From the NCBI RefSeq assembly GCF_009914755.1, contig NC_060933.1: DNA of 64,000 nt. One strand, written 5' to 3'. The notes below the pieces were generated by a model that had not been told where the DNA came from, did no database searches, and saw only the letters and a list, made by a program, of their open reading frames with translations. The first letter of the stretch is position 1; each line of letters opens with the position of its first letter. Made by a program: the position numbers and the translations under genes. Source of the stretch: the human T2T-CHM13v2.0 reference genome, Homo sapiens. Shown here piece by piece: positions 1-13,621 of this stretch.

Positions 1-170
1 TAATAATAGGTAAAAATAGCTGTCAGTTATAAAAATAATTATTAGAAAGATGTACTCTCATATATTATACAGCGTAAATAATTTTAAAATAACATTATGT
101 TTTTGGTATAAGAATAGAAATTTAATACAACATTGAGATAATATCACAAATCTATTGAAGAAATATTATT

Positions 171-392
171 AGATTGTTTTATTTATTTATTTTTTTGAGA
201 CGGAGTCTTGCTGTGTTGCACAGGCTGGAGTGCAATAGTGTGATCTTGGCTCACTGCAACCTCCGCCTCCTGGCCTCAAGCAATCCTCCCACCTCAGTCT
301 CCTGAGTAGCTGAAAGTACAGGCACCCATCACCATGTCTGGCTAATTTTTGTATTTTTTCTAGAGACAGGGTTTTGTCATGTTGCCCAGGCT
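171..392 (-). mobile_element. 5'-truncated AluJ-like SINE
   Basis: Antisense Alu right arm plus part of the left arm after a T-rich tail; 12-bp TSD AGAAATATTATT at 159-170 and 393-404. Confidence 0.92.
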
Positions 393-599
393 AGAAATAT
401 TATTTTTAATACATGGTTATGAGCCCTTTTACCCAAAGATGAAGCCTTGGGTTGCAGGGAAACATTCCCCAATACTGTCTACTTGAAAGAATTACAGATT
501 TATAAAAGAATTAAATGTAATATTTAAAAGCAAGAAGGAATATTGATAATTGATTATATTGAGGGGTAATTGGAAAGAGGGTAATTTTAATTTTAAAAA

Positions 600-1580
600 G
601 TAAGAAATTATATAAAAAGAAAGATTAGATGCTACTATATGAAAATATAAAGTAGCTTTACCTAAACATCAAAGGTAAAATTGAAATACTATGGGGGAAA
701 ACTGGAAAATTTTTAAACAAATGTAACAGAATAAGAGTTATTCTTAACATATAAAGAAAATTTATGCAATGCATTCAGATTCTAACTGATAAACAGGCTA
801 TAAAATGCCATGAAGAGGCATTCACAAAAGAGGAAATACAAATGCTGAATAAGCATATGTTTTAAAAAGGCAACCTCGCTAGCAATTAAATAAACGCAAA
901 TTAAAACAATGAGTTATTATCCTCACCTCTCAAATTAGCAAAACTAGAAGAAAAAAAAATCTCCAAACAGGGATCTGTGAGATAAGCACACTTCTCTGCT
1001 GCTGGGAATATAAATTTCTGCATCACTTGAAATAGCAGCTGAACAATTGCATCTGAAGATAAATACATTCAAATATTTTAAAGCTATTTATAAGATGCAA
1101 AGAGGCCGAGCACGGTGACTCAGGCCTGTAATCCCAGCACTTTGGGAGGCTGAGGTGGGCGGATCACCTAAGGCCAGGAGTTCGAGACTGGCCTGGCCAA
1201 CATAGCGAAACCCCATCTCTAATAAAAACACAAAAATTAGCTGGGCATGGTGGCACACACCTGTAATCCCAGCTACTCAGGAGGCTGAGGTAGGAGAATT
1301 GTTTGAATCCAGGAAGCAGGGGTTTCAGTGAGCCGAGATTGCATCACGCCACTGCACTCCAGCCTGGGTGACAGAGCAAGACTCCATTTCAAAAAAAAAA
1401 AAAAAAAAGGTGCAAAAATAATTTGTAACATAGACAAAATACTCATATATATACATTGCAGACATTTGTTTGTGCACCACATGTGCACATGTTTTAATAA
1501 TAGCCTAATCAGAACCAAAAACATACTCAAATAAGAGTATTGATTAATTAAAATGGTAGTACATTTATATGATGGAAATT
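600..1580 (+). mobile_element. Old L1M fragment (ORF2 3' end), split by an Alu
   Basis: L1-like motifs such as GAGGCATTCACAAAAGAGGAAATACAAATG and AAATTAAAACAATGAG; boundaries approximate. Confidence 0.65.
1104..1408 (+). mobile_element. Full-length AluS (Sx-like)
   Basis: GGCCGAGCACGG start, B box GAGTTCGAGAC, A18 tail, degenerate TSD AAGATGCAAA/AAGGTGCAAA. Confidence 0.97.
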
Positions 1581-1629
1581 AGAGTACTCATTGTAAATTA
1601 GATTTGGGGAGGTTTTTTATTATTATAAT

Positions 1630-1887
1630 AGCTTTATTGAGGTATAATTTTTGTAACATAAAATCTACCTATTATAAGTATGAAATTCATTTTTTTTAGT
1701 AAATTTATAGAGTTGGGCTACCACCAACACAATCTATTTTTATCCTATTTATATCACCCGAAATATTTTCTTGTGGATTTTTGCAGTTAATCCCTCTTGC
1801 ACCCTCAACCTACTGATTGGTTTCTTGTTTCTATAGAGTTGCCATTCTGGATATTTCATACCAATGGAATTATATGCTATATGGTCT
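1630..1887 (-). mobile_element. L1MB/MC-type 3' end fragment
   Basis: GCTTTATTGAGGTATAATT ... TTGCCATTCTGGATATTTCATA, typical antisense L1M 3' UTR. Confidence 0.75.
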
Positions 1888-3037
1888 TGAAGGATTCTTA
1901 ATTTTAAAAAAGTCTACATCAATACTGTATTTCCAAAATTATGAATATTCCTCCATACAAGTTATGACCTCAACTAAGTTAACACAGCAACAAAACTTGC
2001 TCAAATGTTAAACCATTATGAGTGATTTTTGCCTGGAAGACAAAATTATAAAGGATTTTCAAAGCACTTTTTGCATTTTTAAATACAGAAATTCTCTGTG
2101 TAAGAGAATATATACATATTAGATTTATCATAAGGGACAAATAAGGGAGAAATAGGAAAATCATTTTCCTATAATGGAATAAGTGCTTTGACAGAGGTCA
2201 TTGCTTTGAGAGAAACACATCTGTCTTGAGAAGTCAGGAAGGAAACATTTAAACTGGAGCTTGCAAAAGCTGGTTTTGTGGGGGAAGAGTGTGTGGAAGG
2301 GCATTCTGAGCAGCACCAACTTCTCTAACAAGAATACAAATTTAGAGAATTAAACACTACTATGAAAGATGCAAAGATAATGATAAATTATTTTCTAACT
2401 GGGGAGAAAAATATCCAAAAAAAAAAAAAAAAAACTGGTAGTTTACGCAAAGGGAGAAATGAGTAATTACCCAGTAAGCCATGAGATTTGGGGATAAATT
2501 TGAGATGTGGGAGGAACAAAGCAAAACCAGACTCAGGAAATAACATTGATCTCCCAGTTTACTACTCTCCTCCCAGATTTCCAACCTATTCATTCATGTA
2601 ATCCCATCCACATTTTAATGTGCAATACTTTGTCTGACCCTTTCTCCAATTCCTCTGTATTTCTCGCTCTCCACAAGCCATTCCAACAGGGACAAAAAGA
2701 ATAAAATCACTGTTTATCCAACTCTGGTAAACTCTGGGATCACTAGTTCTTTCAACAGAACACCAAACTACTAAATTTAGGATTAAAATGCTGCTATGAT
2801 TTCAAGACATTTGGCTTGTGCCTTTTTTGAAACCTTCCCATCTGAGAAGGGAAGGCGATTTTACATAAAAGGTAACTGAGAAACTCATCGGCCCAATTAT
2901 ATGCTGCCTTAATTCACTAACAATCCCCACGTAAGACATTCTGTTTCCCTATGTAAGACATTGTGCTTGATGACACAGGATATGGGAACGGAGGGATAAC
3001 AAAGAATCTTCACTTCAATAAATTTATAATATAAATG

Positions 3038-3212
3038 ACTGTGTCTCAAATTTGCCTCCCTGTGTAATCACCAGGGAAGCTTTAAAAAATACTGATGCTC
3101 AGATCACATTTCCTAGAAATTACGATTAATTTAGTTAAGGGTGTGGTCTCGCTATCAGAAATTTTAAAAGCTCCCCAGGTGATTCTAATGGACAGCCAAG
3201 TTTGGAAACTCC
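3038..3212. mobile_element. MER5-family hAT-Charlie MITE
   Basis: AATCACCAGGGAAGCTTTAAAAAATACTGATGC ... AAAAGCTCCCCAGGTGATTCTAAT quasi-palindrome. Confidence 0.85.
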
Positions 3213-3479
3213 TATCTAAAGGAAGTAAGACAAAACATTTAATTATAAAATAGCCTTGATCACATCACTTTCCGAATCAAATCCTTAAGAGCTTCTTTAC
3301 TGCCTGTGGACACAAGTCCAAACTCCTATTTGCCATTTAAGGCCCTATTCAAGCCTATGTAATCTAGCACCCCCTAAATCTTATTCTCCTAAGTCTTCCC
3401 CACTGGAAGGTCAGAGCATTCCTGACTCAGCTCCAGAAACAGGAAATAGGCTGATTTCTGCCAACTCAAACTGATTGCT

Positions 3480-3630
3480 ACAGGCTACCAGGGGAAGTGT
3501 GTTTTAAAAGATCCTGAGGCTCCCACAATGTTTAACAGAAAAAAAAAATTGCCATGATCTATTAGTAATGTCTGCCATGCTTAGGTAATGGAAAAGGGCA
3601 GTATGAGTGGTAGACATTTGCCATGCTGGC
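3480..3630. mobile_element. MER102-like hAT fragment
   Basis: GATCTATTAGTAATGTCTGCCATG ... ATTTGCCATGCTGG; resembles the copy at ~59730-59863. Confidence 0.55.
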
Positions 3631-3863
3631 ATTATTCCTTTGCTTCCCTGTGTCCTGAGTCTCGGAATGTCCTCTAGATAATCCTTCAAAGCTTAGCACA
3701 GTGACCTTTCCTCCTTGAAGTCTTCCTGTTGTCCTCCAAATTCTCCCTACCTTGGCTGAGAGGGTTCATCAAGCCTTCCTCTGAATCTCCGTTAGCACTC
3801 TGTTGTCACATTTTCTGTAGAAATCAATATCAGCTTGTGTGTATGTCTCAGATACTTTAAAAT

Positions 3864-4033
3864 ATGGTTTTCAAACTTTCACTTGCATTAGACTCGCCTG
3901 GAAATTTTGTTAAAAGACATCCAGAGTTTCTGATTCAGTAGCAGGGGGGAAGGGCTCAAAAATTTGCACCTCTAACAAGATCTCAGATGATGCTGAAGAT
4001 GCTGGCCTGAGTACCACACTTTGAGAACGACCA
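3864..4033. mobile_element. MER5A hAT-Charlie MITE
   Basis: GTTTTCAAACTTT ... GTTTCTGATTCAGTAG ... ACCACACTTTGAGAAC. Confidence 0.85.
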
Positions 4034-5469
4034 TTCTTTTAAATTATAATATTTTAGAAGGCCTGTTGCAAACTTGTCTTTATCTCTGCATTCCTTTTAG
4101 CAATACCCTGAACATAGTAGATACTTATTTCCATGGAGTTAAACCACAGTAATCTAAGACAGATGATAAGTGTGAAGTGATAGGTGCAGACACAGGATAA
4201 AAGAAATCATGCTGGTTTGGAATAATTTTTTAAAAATCATAGTTGACATTGTGTGTTGGACAGGAGTAGAATAGGGATGAATGCTGGCTCAGTATCTGGA
4301 CCGGGGTCACAGAGAAGGGGAAGCATTTTAGAAAGATGCCAGAGGTAATAACCTAGAGACACACTTAGTTACTGTCTTCATCATTATCAAGCAAGAAGCC
4401 CCTGAACTGACTGTGAATTTAGTACGCAGGAAAAGAGCCCTGAAATTGTGATCAAAGGAGACAAATGGGTAGCCAAAGGCAGGAGAAGCAATGAAGGCAG
4501 GCTCCAGGAGGGTTTTTTTATTTCATATCTCTAGAAATATGTCCCCATTGGCTTTATTGAAAGCCACCCCAAGGCTGGTGGGGGAGGTGAGAACTGTTAG
4601 AAGATGAATGAGAGATGGCTCTCTGGGAAAATGTCCCCAGCTCTCACTGGCCAGCTGGGTTTTAAAAGCCATTTCAGCAATTGTTCGGAGCTGTCAGATG
4701 TCTCTGTCAGATCGATAGGTTACTGTGGAATTTGCCCAGACTGTTGCCCAATCAAAATGTAAATTCCAGATAAATTTAATACATAAACCAACTTGTCTTC
4801 TTCAAGCCATTTTGAAAGTCATGAAAAGTAATTTGACTTTTCCTCATGACTGTCATCCAGGAGACACATTTTCTCCCAGTGTTAAGCATTTATTTCACCT
4901 CAAAACTCATTGTGAGTCCAGTGGAGGTAAGGAAGGTGTGGGGTATATATGTGAGTATAGTTTTATCATGCATGTGCTTCATGGAGAGCTGGAAAGCTCA
5001 ATTATTTGAGTGTCCATTATGAGACGTGTATTAATTAATATGAAGATGTGTAGTGTCTATATGTGCACGAGGCTGATAGATTTGCTAGTGGGATGTGTGA
5101 TTAAAAAGTCATGAACTTCCTATTTATGTCTCTCATGGGCAGTCTCTTTTTCTAGAACATCCAAGATGTGTCTGGATGCATGACTATGTATATGCATGTT
5201 GCAACCTATCTTTTCCAACAAGAACCATAAATCTTTACATTGAAAGAAAAGATTTATAGCTCAGCCAGGTTGGCTCTGGGCCCTATGGGGAAGTATGCTT
5301 TAGAGACATGTCCTAATTTTTCACATTGAAAAAAGTCATAATGGGCAAAGCATGTAGGCAAGAGGTAAGTCTTTGAACTCAGAATGTCTAAGTGCGGATT
5401 TTTCATTGAATCATTTATCCTGTGGTCATTATATTGCAGATGTCTCAGATGTCTTACTTCTATGCAAAT

Positions 5470-5640
5470 GCTAGTTTATAAAACACTTTCACATCCAGTC
5501 TGCCATTTAATCCCCACAGTGATTCACTGAAGTAGCTGGATGGCCCTCATTTGACAGGTGAAGAAACTAAGGCCCAGCAGGCAAAGTGGCTTGACCAAAG
5601 CCATAGAATAAGGATAGACCCAAGACTTGAACTCAGGTAA
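5470..5640 (-). mobile_element. MIR SINE
   Basis: Core CATTTGACAGGTGAAGAAACTAAGGCCCAG. Confidence 0.75.
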
Positions 5641-5679
5641 ATATTCTTCATTGTACCAAAGATATCTTTTCTACTCTTC

Positions 5680-6615
5680 TCCACTCTACTCTGTCCTTTT
5701 ATGGCATGTGTTAGCTGGGCTTTTGTATTAGTTTTCTGTAGCTACCATAACAAAGTGCAAATCTGGCAGCTAAAACCAACAAAAGTGTATTCTCTTACAG
5801 TTATGGAGGCCAGAATTTTGATATGAGTCTTAGTAGGCTGAAATCAAGATGTTGGTAGGGCTTTGTTCCTTCTGGAGGCTCTAGGGGAAAATCTGTTTCT
5901 TCGCTTCTAGTTTCTAGAGGCCACTTCCATTCCTTGGTTTGTGGCCCCCTTCCAAGCCTACAGTGTCAGGGGAAGTCCTTCTCATGTGGCCATCCTTAGT
6001 TTTCTTCTGCCTCCTTCTTGCTTTGTATGGGCACTTCAGATTACATGGGGGCCTCTCAGATAATATGATAATCTCCCTATATTAAGCTGATCGGCAACCT
6101 GAATTCCATGTTCTGCCCAAGTTCCCTTTCGCCATTTAAAGCAATGTATTCATAAATTCTGGAGATTAGGATGTAGATACCTTTGAGGAGCTAGTAGTCT
6201 ACCTACCACAGATAAATTGTTTCCTAGCATTTTGTAGGTTCAGCAGTGAAAGACTGGCAGAAGATCAAAACGAGAAGAGACAGAGGTCCAGGTATTCATT
6301 TCCCCCACCCCTGTTCTCTCCTTGTTGATCTGCATTTCTGCAGAAGCTTCATCATTCTGTTAAAGCCACAGCTCTGTTAAAGGGCCCTTTCCTACAAAGA
6401 TGGCTCTTTCAGGGTCCCTGCAATCACTCTCTACCTTGTCCCATCAGGCCTGAAATGGTAACAAGATCCCTTTGTCTTTATCCTCAAGTCGCTTTATCAT
6501 CTCTTGGTGGCTCCCTAAGCCTCTCCACACCTTTGTCAGTAGCTCCTCCATGAAGCCATCTCCAGTCACTCCTTGAAGTGTGGGATCAGTTGTTAGCCAG
6601 GCCCCTGGCTGATGA
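5680..6615 (+). mobile_element. LTR33/LTR16-like ERVL solo LTR, interrupted by an MLT1
   Basis: CTTGTCCCATCAGGCCTGAAATGGTAACA ... CCACACCTTTGT ... CCCTGGCTGAT 3' end; left boundary uncertain. Confidence 0.6.
5724..6210 (-). mobile_element. MLT1 (D/E-like) MaLR solo LTR
   Basis: TGTATTAGTTTTC start, CTACCTACCACA end, GGAGGCTCTAGGGGAAAATC core. Confidence 0.88.
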
Positions 6616-7029
6616 ATGAAAGAAACATCTTCCAAATCCAGGTCTTTCCCCTACACCACAGTTGGCTAAATCAATGAGAGAGCTGCCACTGCTACAGAGC
6701 AATGAAGGCCATGATTATGTTTCAGTTATAATTTCTATTTTTCTCTCCTGTCCAGAGTACAAAATAAGGGCTAAATTGAGCTCACTGGTTACTAATATTC
6801 TCACTTTAATTAGTGAAAAGGGCCCATTTTGGAAAGCAAAAGAGATAATTCCTTCTGGTCCAAAGTGGCCGAAAAAATAATAAGGAAAATACATTCCCTC
6901 CTCAGGTCTAGTAAATTTTTAAACTCAGAAATAGCCAAGCCTTCTGTTCACGTCATTGTCATTTCTCTTTCAACTCGGCAACTAGCTGACTGTGTGATGT
7001 CTAATAAATGCCAAATCCCTTACTCTACA

Positions 7030-7490
7030 CTGCAGGGCCTACCTCATGGGCTCTTATCTACCTCTTTGATCTAATCTCTGACCAGTCTCCCTACCCCCAA
7101 CCACTCCACCTCAACCAGCCTGGCCTCTTTTTCATTCCTCTACCTGGAAGGACTGTTCTCACCCAAGGCCTTTGCCCTTGCTGTCTCTCTTCCTAGAAAT
7201 TTCTGTATCTAGATCTTCAAATGGCTAATCCTTCTCAATGTTGGAGTCTTAGCTCAAATATCACCTCTACAGGAAGACAGTTCCAGACCACACTAAACAA
7301 CCACTCCATCACAGCACGAATTACTCAACATCATCTGAAATCACCTTTAAACATTTTCTTCATTTTCTATATTTCCCCAATAGAACACATATTCCGAAAG
7401 ATCAGTGGCCTTGCGGGTCTTGTTCATTGTGGTATCTCCAGCCCCTAGAACTGTGCCTGGCACATAGTCAGAGTTGTTATTAAATTCTTA
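7030..7490 (+). mobile_element. L2 3' region
   Basis: GGCCTTTGCCCTTGCTGT, GCTCAAATATCACCTC, and terminal CCTAGAACTGTGCCTGGCACATAG. Confidence 0.85.
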
Positions 7491-7502
7491 AATTTAATGA
7501 TA

Positions 7503-7760
7503 CTGGCTAACATGTATTCAAAACGTATGTGCCAGATATTCTTCTAACTGCTTTATGTGTGTGTACTCATTTTTATTCTCTGTGGCAACATGATGAGGTT
7601 GATATTATTATTTTCCCCATCTTACAGATTAAAAAACTGCAGCTCCCGAGAATCATGAGTTTGGACATCCCCAGTTATAGATTACACAGCTGGTAAATAG
7701 CAGAGGAGGGTTTTGAATGCAGAAAGTTAGCTGCAGGGCCTGTGTATTAATCAGTATGCT
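7503..7760 (-). mobile_element. MIR SINE
   Basis: ATTATTATTTTCCCCATCTTACAGAT core. Confidence 0.75.
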
Positions 7761-7941
7761 CCACTCTCTATCCCCTATACAAGGATGTGCTTTGGGTTTT
7801 CTGTGTATATTTTCTTCCCATTCTCACTGACTCTTCATCCTTTGAGGTCAAATCAAATGTGACCTCCTGCATAAATTTCTGCATCAAACCCTGATAGGAT
7901 CCTTCCCTTTGGTGTCTTCCTATCTCACATTATATGCATGA

Positions 7942-8301
<360 letters not shown>

Positions 8302-9994
8302 TAATTGTTGATTCTTAAAGCCAGAAACCCTCATTTCATACCTCTAGTATTCAGCAGAGTGCCTATTTAGCACTCAATAACTAGTGTATGTTAGACATGC
8401 TATATAAACATGTATGGCTTCTAAGCCAAGCAACTTCATTCAAAGTTTTAGCCACTTTGCCCCAAAATTCTAAAGAATATTTGAATCAATACACTTAAGA
8501 AGGAAAAGATGTGACAGGATGTGGCAGGAGCTCCATCATGGAGACTGACTCTGACGCCAGAACCCACAGGAGTCAGGGAGATGAACACAGGTCCAGAAAA
8601 TTGGCTGCATTGGGATCTCTTGGCAGAGAGGAGAGTAATGGTATGGAAGCAGCAAAAGGGATTGAGATGTTGCTATGAACTCAGCAGCTCATCAAAGCCA
8701 AGTGGTGATCCCAAGCTGCAGAGGCAAGACACACCCACCACTTCAGTCTGGCCTTCTGAAGCCCATTGTGCATGTGCCCATTCCCCACCTCCTAGCATTT
8801 GCTTCTACTGTTCCCACTGCCTGGTACACCCTTTCTTCTCCAGGTCACCTAACCAAATACAGTTATTAATCTCTTGGATTTTTTCAAAAAGAAAATCAAA
8901 TGTGTTAGGCATTAATTAGTGCAATTCAGAAGTAATAGAGATGAAGAGTAAGAACATTAGAAAGAAAAGAGAGGAAGCTGCTGAATTGGGTGATCCACAT
9001 CGCTTCTTTGTGAGAGGCAGTTTATTTTGTTTAAGCAGTGGGTGATAAAAGCAACAGGAATGGATAAGAACACTGCAGGAGTCATAGAGTTTGCGGTGGT
9101 ACTAGAAACAGATGAATCAAATCAAACACAGGATTTGCTCAGAGATATTTAGGTTTTATAACCATTTAATCATCTAATTCAATAATAATAATAATGCTAA
9201 TAATAACTATATGCAACCCATGTTATTGAAATTATTGCAAGACCTAGTCCTAGGAATGGGATTTCCCCATCACTGATAAATAAGTGTTTATTTGATACTA
9301 GGAGATTTCTCAATAGCCCAATTGCCTTGTTTTTGCAGATCAGGCTGAGGTACTCATTCTGCATGGGGTTCAGCTTAAATTCTTCCTTCATCCAGGCTAT
9401 TCCTATTCTCCCCCACCACTTTCCTGTCTCCAGAGGAGGCATCTTTTGCATCAAACATCTAAATTAATGATTTGGGGTATTTTCTAAATATTTATTGTGC
9501 ACTTTTCTTTTCTACCAAGATTATAAACTTGCAGAAAGGCAGAACAACTTCTCTTGCAAGCCCTGAAAGTCCAGCAGCTATAGGGATGGGTACAGACCTG
9601 ACCTTCAATGATTGTAAGTTGAGTTGAATTAGAATGAACTTTGCCAAAAGGCTTTGCAGCATGTTGACAGATGTTGTGCAGGTGTGTGAGGCAGGAGAGA
9701 AGGGGTGGTGGGTCTCTCTGGTCAAATCCATTTGGAAAACACTGGGTTAAACAAAGTTTAACAGGTTTTCTCCCTACCGGGCTTCTCTGTCCCTTTGATA
9801 TGTAAATGTGCATTGTGTAGCTCAAAGAGGGGCTTCCCTGGGCAGTGTTTCCAAAATGTGTTTGCAACAGGAAGCCTTTATTTTACAGAGAAACTTTCAA
9901 AATCAGTGTTCCACTGAACACACTCGGAAAACATTGAATTTAATTAAATAAATTATAGATTGAGAAGAAACCTTCAAGATTACTTTTGTTAATA

Positions 9995-10628
9995 CCCTCA
10001 GTTTCCTCATATGAAAAATTGTGATGATAAAGCCACCTACCCCAAAAAGTTGCTATGAAGATTAAATACATGCATATATTTAGAGATACTTAACATATCA
10101 ATAGATGTTTACTGTTATCATTCTATAGATGAAAATATAAGTTCCCACTGCATATGGGTTCAGGGGTTCAGAGTCAAGGCTTTGGAGTCAGACCAGGGTG
10201 AAGCTGGCTTGCATGACATTGGGCAGGTGACACAACAACTCTTATCTTATCCCCCACTTTCTCATCTGTAAAATGGGCTGATGATAACTAAATTTGTGGA
10301 GTTGTCCTGAGGATTAAAGGGGACAATGCAGGTAAAAGGCTTAGCCTGGAAACTGGTACCCAGTAGGCATAGCTCTTAGTTATAACAAATAATACTCATG
10401 CAGAGCTTCCTTTGATTCAAGAGTTGCTAAGCCTTGATATGTATTAACACGTGATTGTGATCTTATTAAACATAACAGGTAGGTGTATTTTTAATCTTAT
10501 TTGACAGAAGATAAATTAGGATAAAAAAGGTAAAACAGCTCACCCAAGATCACCTCTTTGAGACATGAGGAAGTCAAAATTCAAATCTCAGCAGGCTGAC
10601 TCCAAAGCCAGTGCTCTCAACCACTGCC
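9995..10628. mobile_element. Cluster of three MIRs (+ ~9995-10110, + ~10170-10375, - ~10390-10628)
   Basis: CTCAGTTTCCTCAT and CTCATCTGTAAAATGGG cores, plus an antisense core with CCCAAGATCAC and GGCTGACTCCAAAGCC. Confidence 0.75.
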
Positions 10629-11704
10629 ATTCTTCCTCTGCTGCATCCCACACTGCTCCCCATCCACAGTGAATGACACTGGTTGAGCCTAGTACTTCTT
10701 TCCTGCTTATTACTGCTGGCATGCTAAAGACAGGATGTGTTCTGCCCAGTGGCACCTTAAACGCTCCAGGGTCTTGATTATGGTTTCCTCATGTCTATGC
10801 AGCTCGGTTCCTGCCTCTGCCCCAGTCTAAGAAGGGGGCAGGCAGATACTGAGGCCCTGTCTTTATTTCTGTGTCTGAGCCTGACCAGGCAGATAGAATC
10901 CAAAGTTAGGGGTCCTGCAAGTCCTCTCTGGTCCAGTGATGAAGTGAGAGTCGGAGATCTGGAGGACAGTGTTCTCCTGTCCCTGCCCAGGGAAGTTTGA
11001 GAACCTGGACATTCACAGAGTCAAGCTAACTTGGATACCCTCCAGGAAAAGCCACATGAGAGGGAGAACAGCATACTTATCATCTTTTCCAAAGGAGGCT
11101 GATCCTGGCTTAAACCCCTGACACAAGCAATCATCATTCTTCCTTTCTGGATAAACTGAGGTTGAATTTGCCTTTGGGTTAATTTGTCTTTGGTCACTGA
11201 ACCAGCAAGTTGCAAAGCAGGACTTGAACTTGAATATCTTCTTTCCAAACCCTGCTCTTTCCACATATCTCTGAACATGCCCAACATACGAAGAGGGGTG
11301 AGATGGAAAGAACTACAGGTGGACTAAAGGGCATATCCATCCAGAACGAGCTTTAATCTGTGGATGGGATGTAATGTACCTTGGGTTTAACTAACACCTG
11401 TGAGTCCAGAGATGCCCAACTATGAAGCTGGGCCGATGGCCAGTTCTCTCTAGAGTTACAGGCTGGGACCAAAACATCCATTTCTTTTCCTCCAAAGGTG
11501 TCACCTGACGGTAACTGGGGTCATGTCAGCATTTCCAGGAGGCATATTTATGTAGTGCTTTTATCAAGCAAGGCCAGTGGCCACGATCCCACAGCAGGCC
11601 TGGGTCAGGCAATTGAAGCATTACATCATCTCAGTTGAGTTGTTTTGGAAAGTGGAGCCAGAAGAAAAAGAGAAAGGGGCCAGGATGGTGGGAAGGAAAA
11701 AGCT

Positions 11705-11925
11705 CACGTACTGAGCCAGCCAGTAGATGCTAGATTCTGGGCCAAGTGCCTCACAGACATTATCTGATTTAATCTTTACAAGTGTCCTAAAAAGCAGGCA
11801 TTGAGCTCTAATTGTACAGATGAGGAAACTAGTCAGAAGGGTTAAAGAGCTTTGTCTGAGGCCTATGGTTTTGCATATGTATGATACAGACCCAGATCTC
11901 TCTGACTTTGGAATCTGACCTTATT
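11705..11925 (-). mobile_element. MIR SINE
   Basis: TACAGATGAGGAAACT core. Confidence 0.7.
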
Positions 11926-13154
11926 GCCCTATTTCTCTCTGCCTCTGTGTTTTCAGAGTCTAGTCTTGATCTCCCCATTTAACTTATATAGGCAAGCTTC
12001 TCTTCTCTGAGCCTCTTATTTGTTATCCTAGAACAACAATATTGCTTTCCTACTCTAGAGACTGGCAGGACATAAGGACAGGACATTTGAAAACATTTTC
12101 ATCAATTAAACATGAGTGTATACTATTTTTATAAGTATAAATAAGAGCACCTAAAAAGGGGAAAACATATACACACAAATACACATATATATGCACATAT
12201 GCAAACATATATACACACACACATAAATATACAAATAAAATTATTGCAGCCAATTCTTTCCTGAAGTTATTTATAAACCCCCACATCATTGTATGCTTTT
12301 TTTTTTTTTTTTTTTTTTGCCATGTTGGTGCTCCCTGTGTTTGCCTTTTTGGGAAAAATAATATAACTTTAATCATGTAACACTTTACCTTGAAAGGATC
12401 TATTTAACATCTCTTTCGGCATCCTAGTCTCTAATTGCATAATTGAAAGATTTATCTTCATGGTTTTGTGCAAACTGTAGAGTATTTCACGTGCTTTTTT
12501 AGTTTTTTTTCTTCTAAAATCAAAGCCAACGTCCTTAAGACCATAGTTCTCTACTTGCAGAGGTAGGAACATGGTCACTAGAGGTAGCCTGGGCCATTCA
12601 CGGACACACTGTGTGATCATATTAGCTTTTGTATCAGACCAGTCTGGTGGCTATGTGCCAAAGGCAGATGTAGAAGCCAACTAGGAGGCTCTTGTTGTAA
12701 CCAGGGCTGGAGGGATGAGGGCTTAACCTGGGTGGTGGTGATGAAAATAGAAAAGAGAGAATGGTTTCAAAACATTTTAAAGGTGGAATCAATGCAACTT
12801 GAATGGCTTGAATTTGGGGATGACTAGCGTCCTGGGGAACATGCTTTGAGATTCAATGTATTGAAAAAATTTGCATGATTACAGGCGTAGAACCTAGTTA
12901 TTGCATGGGATTCACTGGAAGCTTCATTTAGATTAAACATGAAAAGACTCCCAATGATTAAAGCCATCCCATAGTAAAATAACCTGTCTAGGTAGGTAAT
13001 TGATTATTTGACTTTGGAAATGTTCAAAAAGGGTCTAAGTCACAATTTCTATGAAATTTTATGAAAATGGCTTGGGTATCATCTTTAAGAAAAACATGTT
13101 TCAACATTTTAGGGAAGAATATCCATAATAATTACAGCTGACTTATTTATCAAC

Positions 13155-13375
13155 ATAATAACTAACACTTACCAGGTGTCCATTGTGTGTCAGTTTCAAA
13201 TGCTTAACACGGGTTAATCTTCACAACTACTCTATGCAGTGATACTAATATTATCCCCGTCTTACCAATAAGGAAGTTGAGATACAGAAACATTAAGGTA
13301 CTTATCCAAGGTCATATTGCTGATAAGTGGGTAGAAACAAGATTATAACTTAGGCAGTCTGCCTCCACCAGACAC
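13155..13375 (-). mobile_element. MIR SINE
   Basis: TTAATCTTCACAAC ... TATTATCCCC ... CCAAGGTCA ... GGCAGTCTGCCTCCA. Confidence 0.75.
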
Positions 13376-13428
13376 AACTTAAAAGTCTCAATAGCAGAAA
13401 GAAAATAGTTCAGTATGTCATAGCACAG

Positions 13429-13621
13429 TCCTTCCCTTCCCCTCCCCCTTCCCCCTCCCCCTCCCCCTCTCCCCTCCCCTCCCCTCCCCTCCCCTCCCCT
13501 CCCTTTCCTTTCCATTCCTTTCCTTTCCTTTCCTTTCCTTTCCTTTCCTTTCCTTTCCTTTCCTTTCCTTTCCTTTCCTTTCCTTTCCTTTCCTTTTCCT
13601 TTCCTTTCCTTTCCTTTTCTT
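13429..13621. repeat. Compound polypyrimidine repeat (CCCCT)n/(CCTTT)n, the expanded tail of the adjacent Alu
   Basis: 193 nt of C/T with a single A at 13514; six perfect CCCCT units at 13471-13500, then ~23 CCTTT units. Confidence 0.97.

Noticed and set aside
8521-8919. 132-aa ORF in apparently unique sequence
   Set aside because: Non-ATG start, no recognisable domain, no convincing splice sites; length compatible with chance
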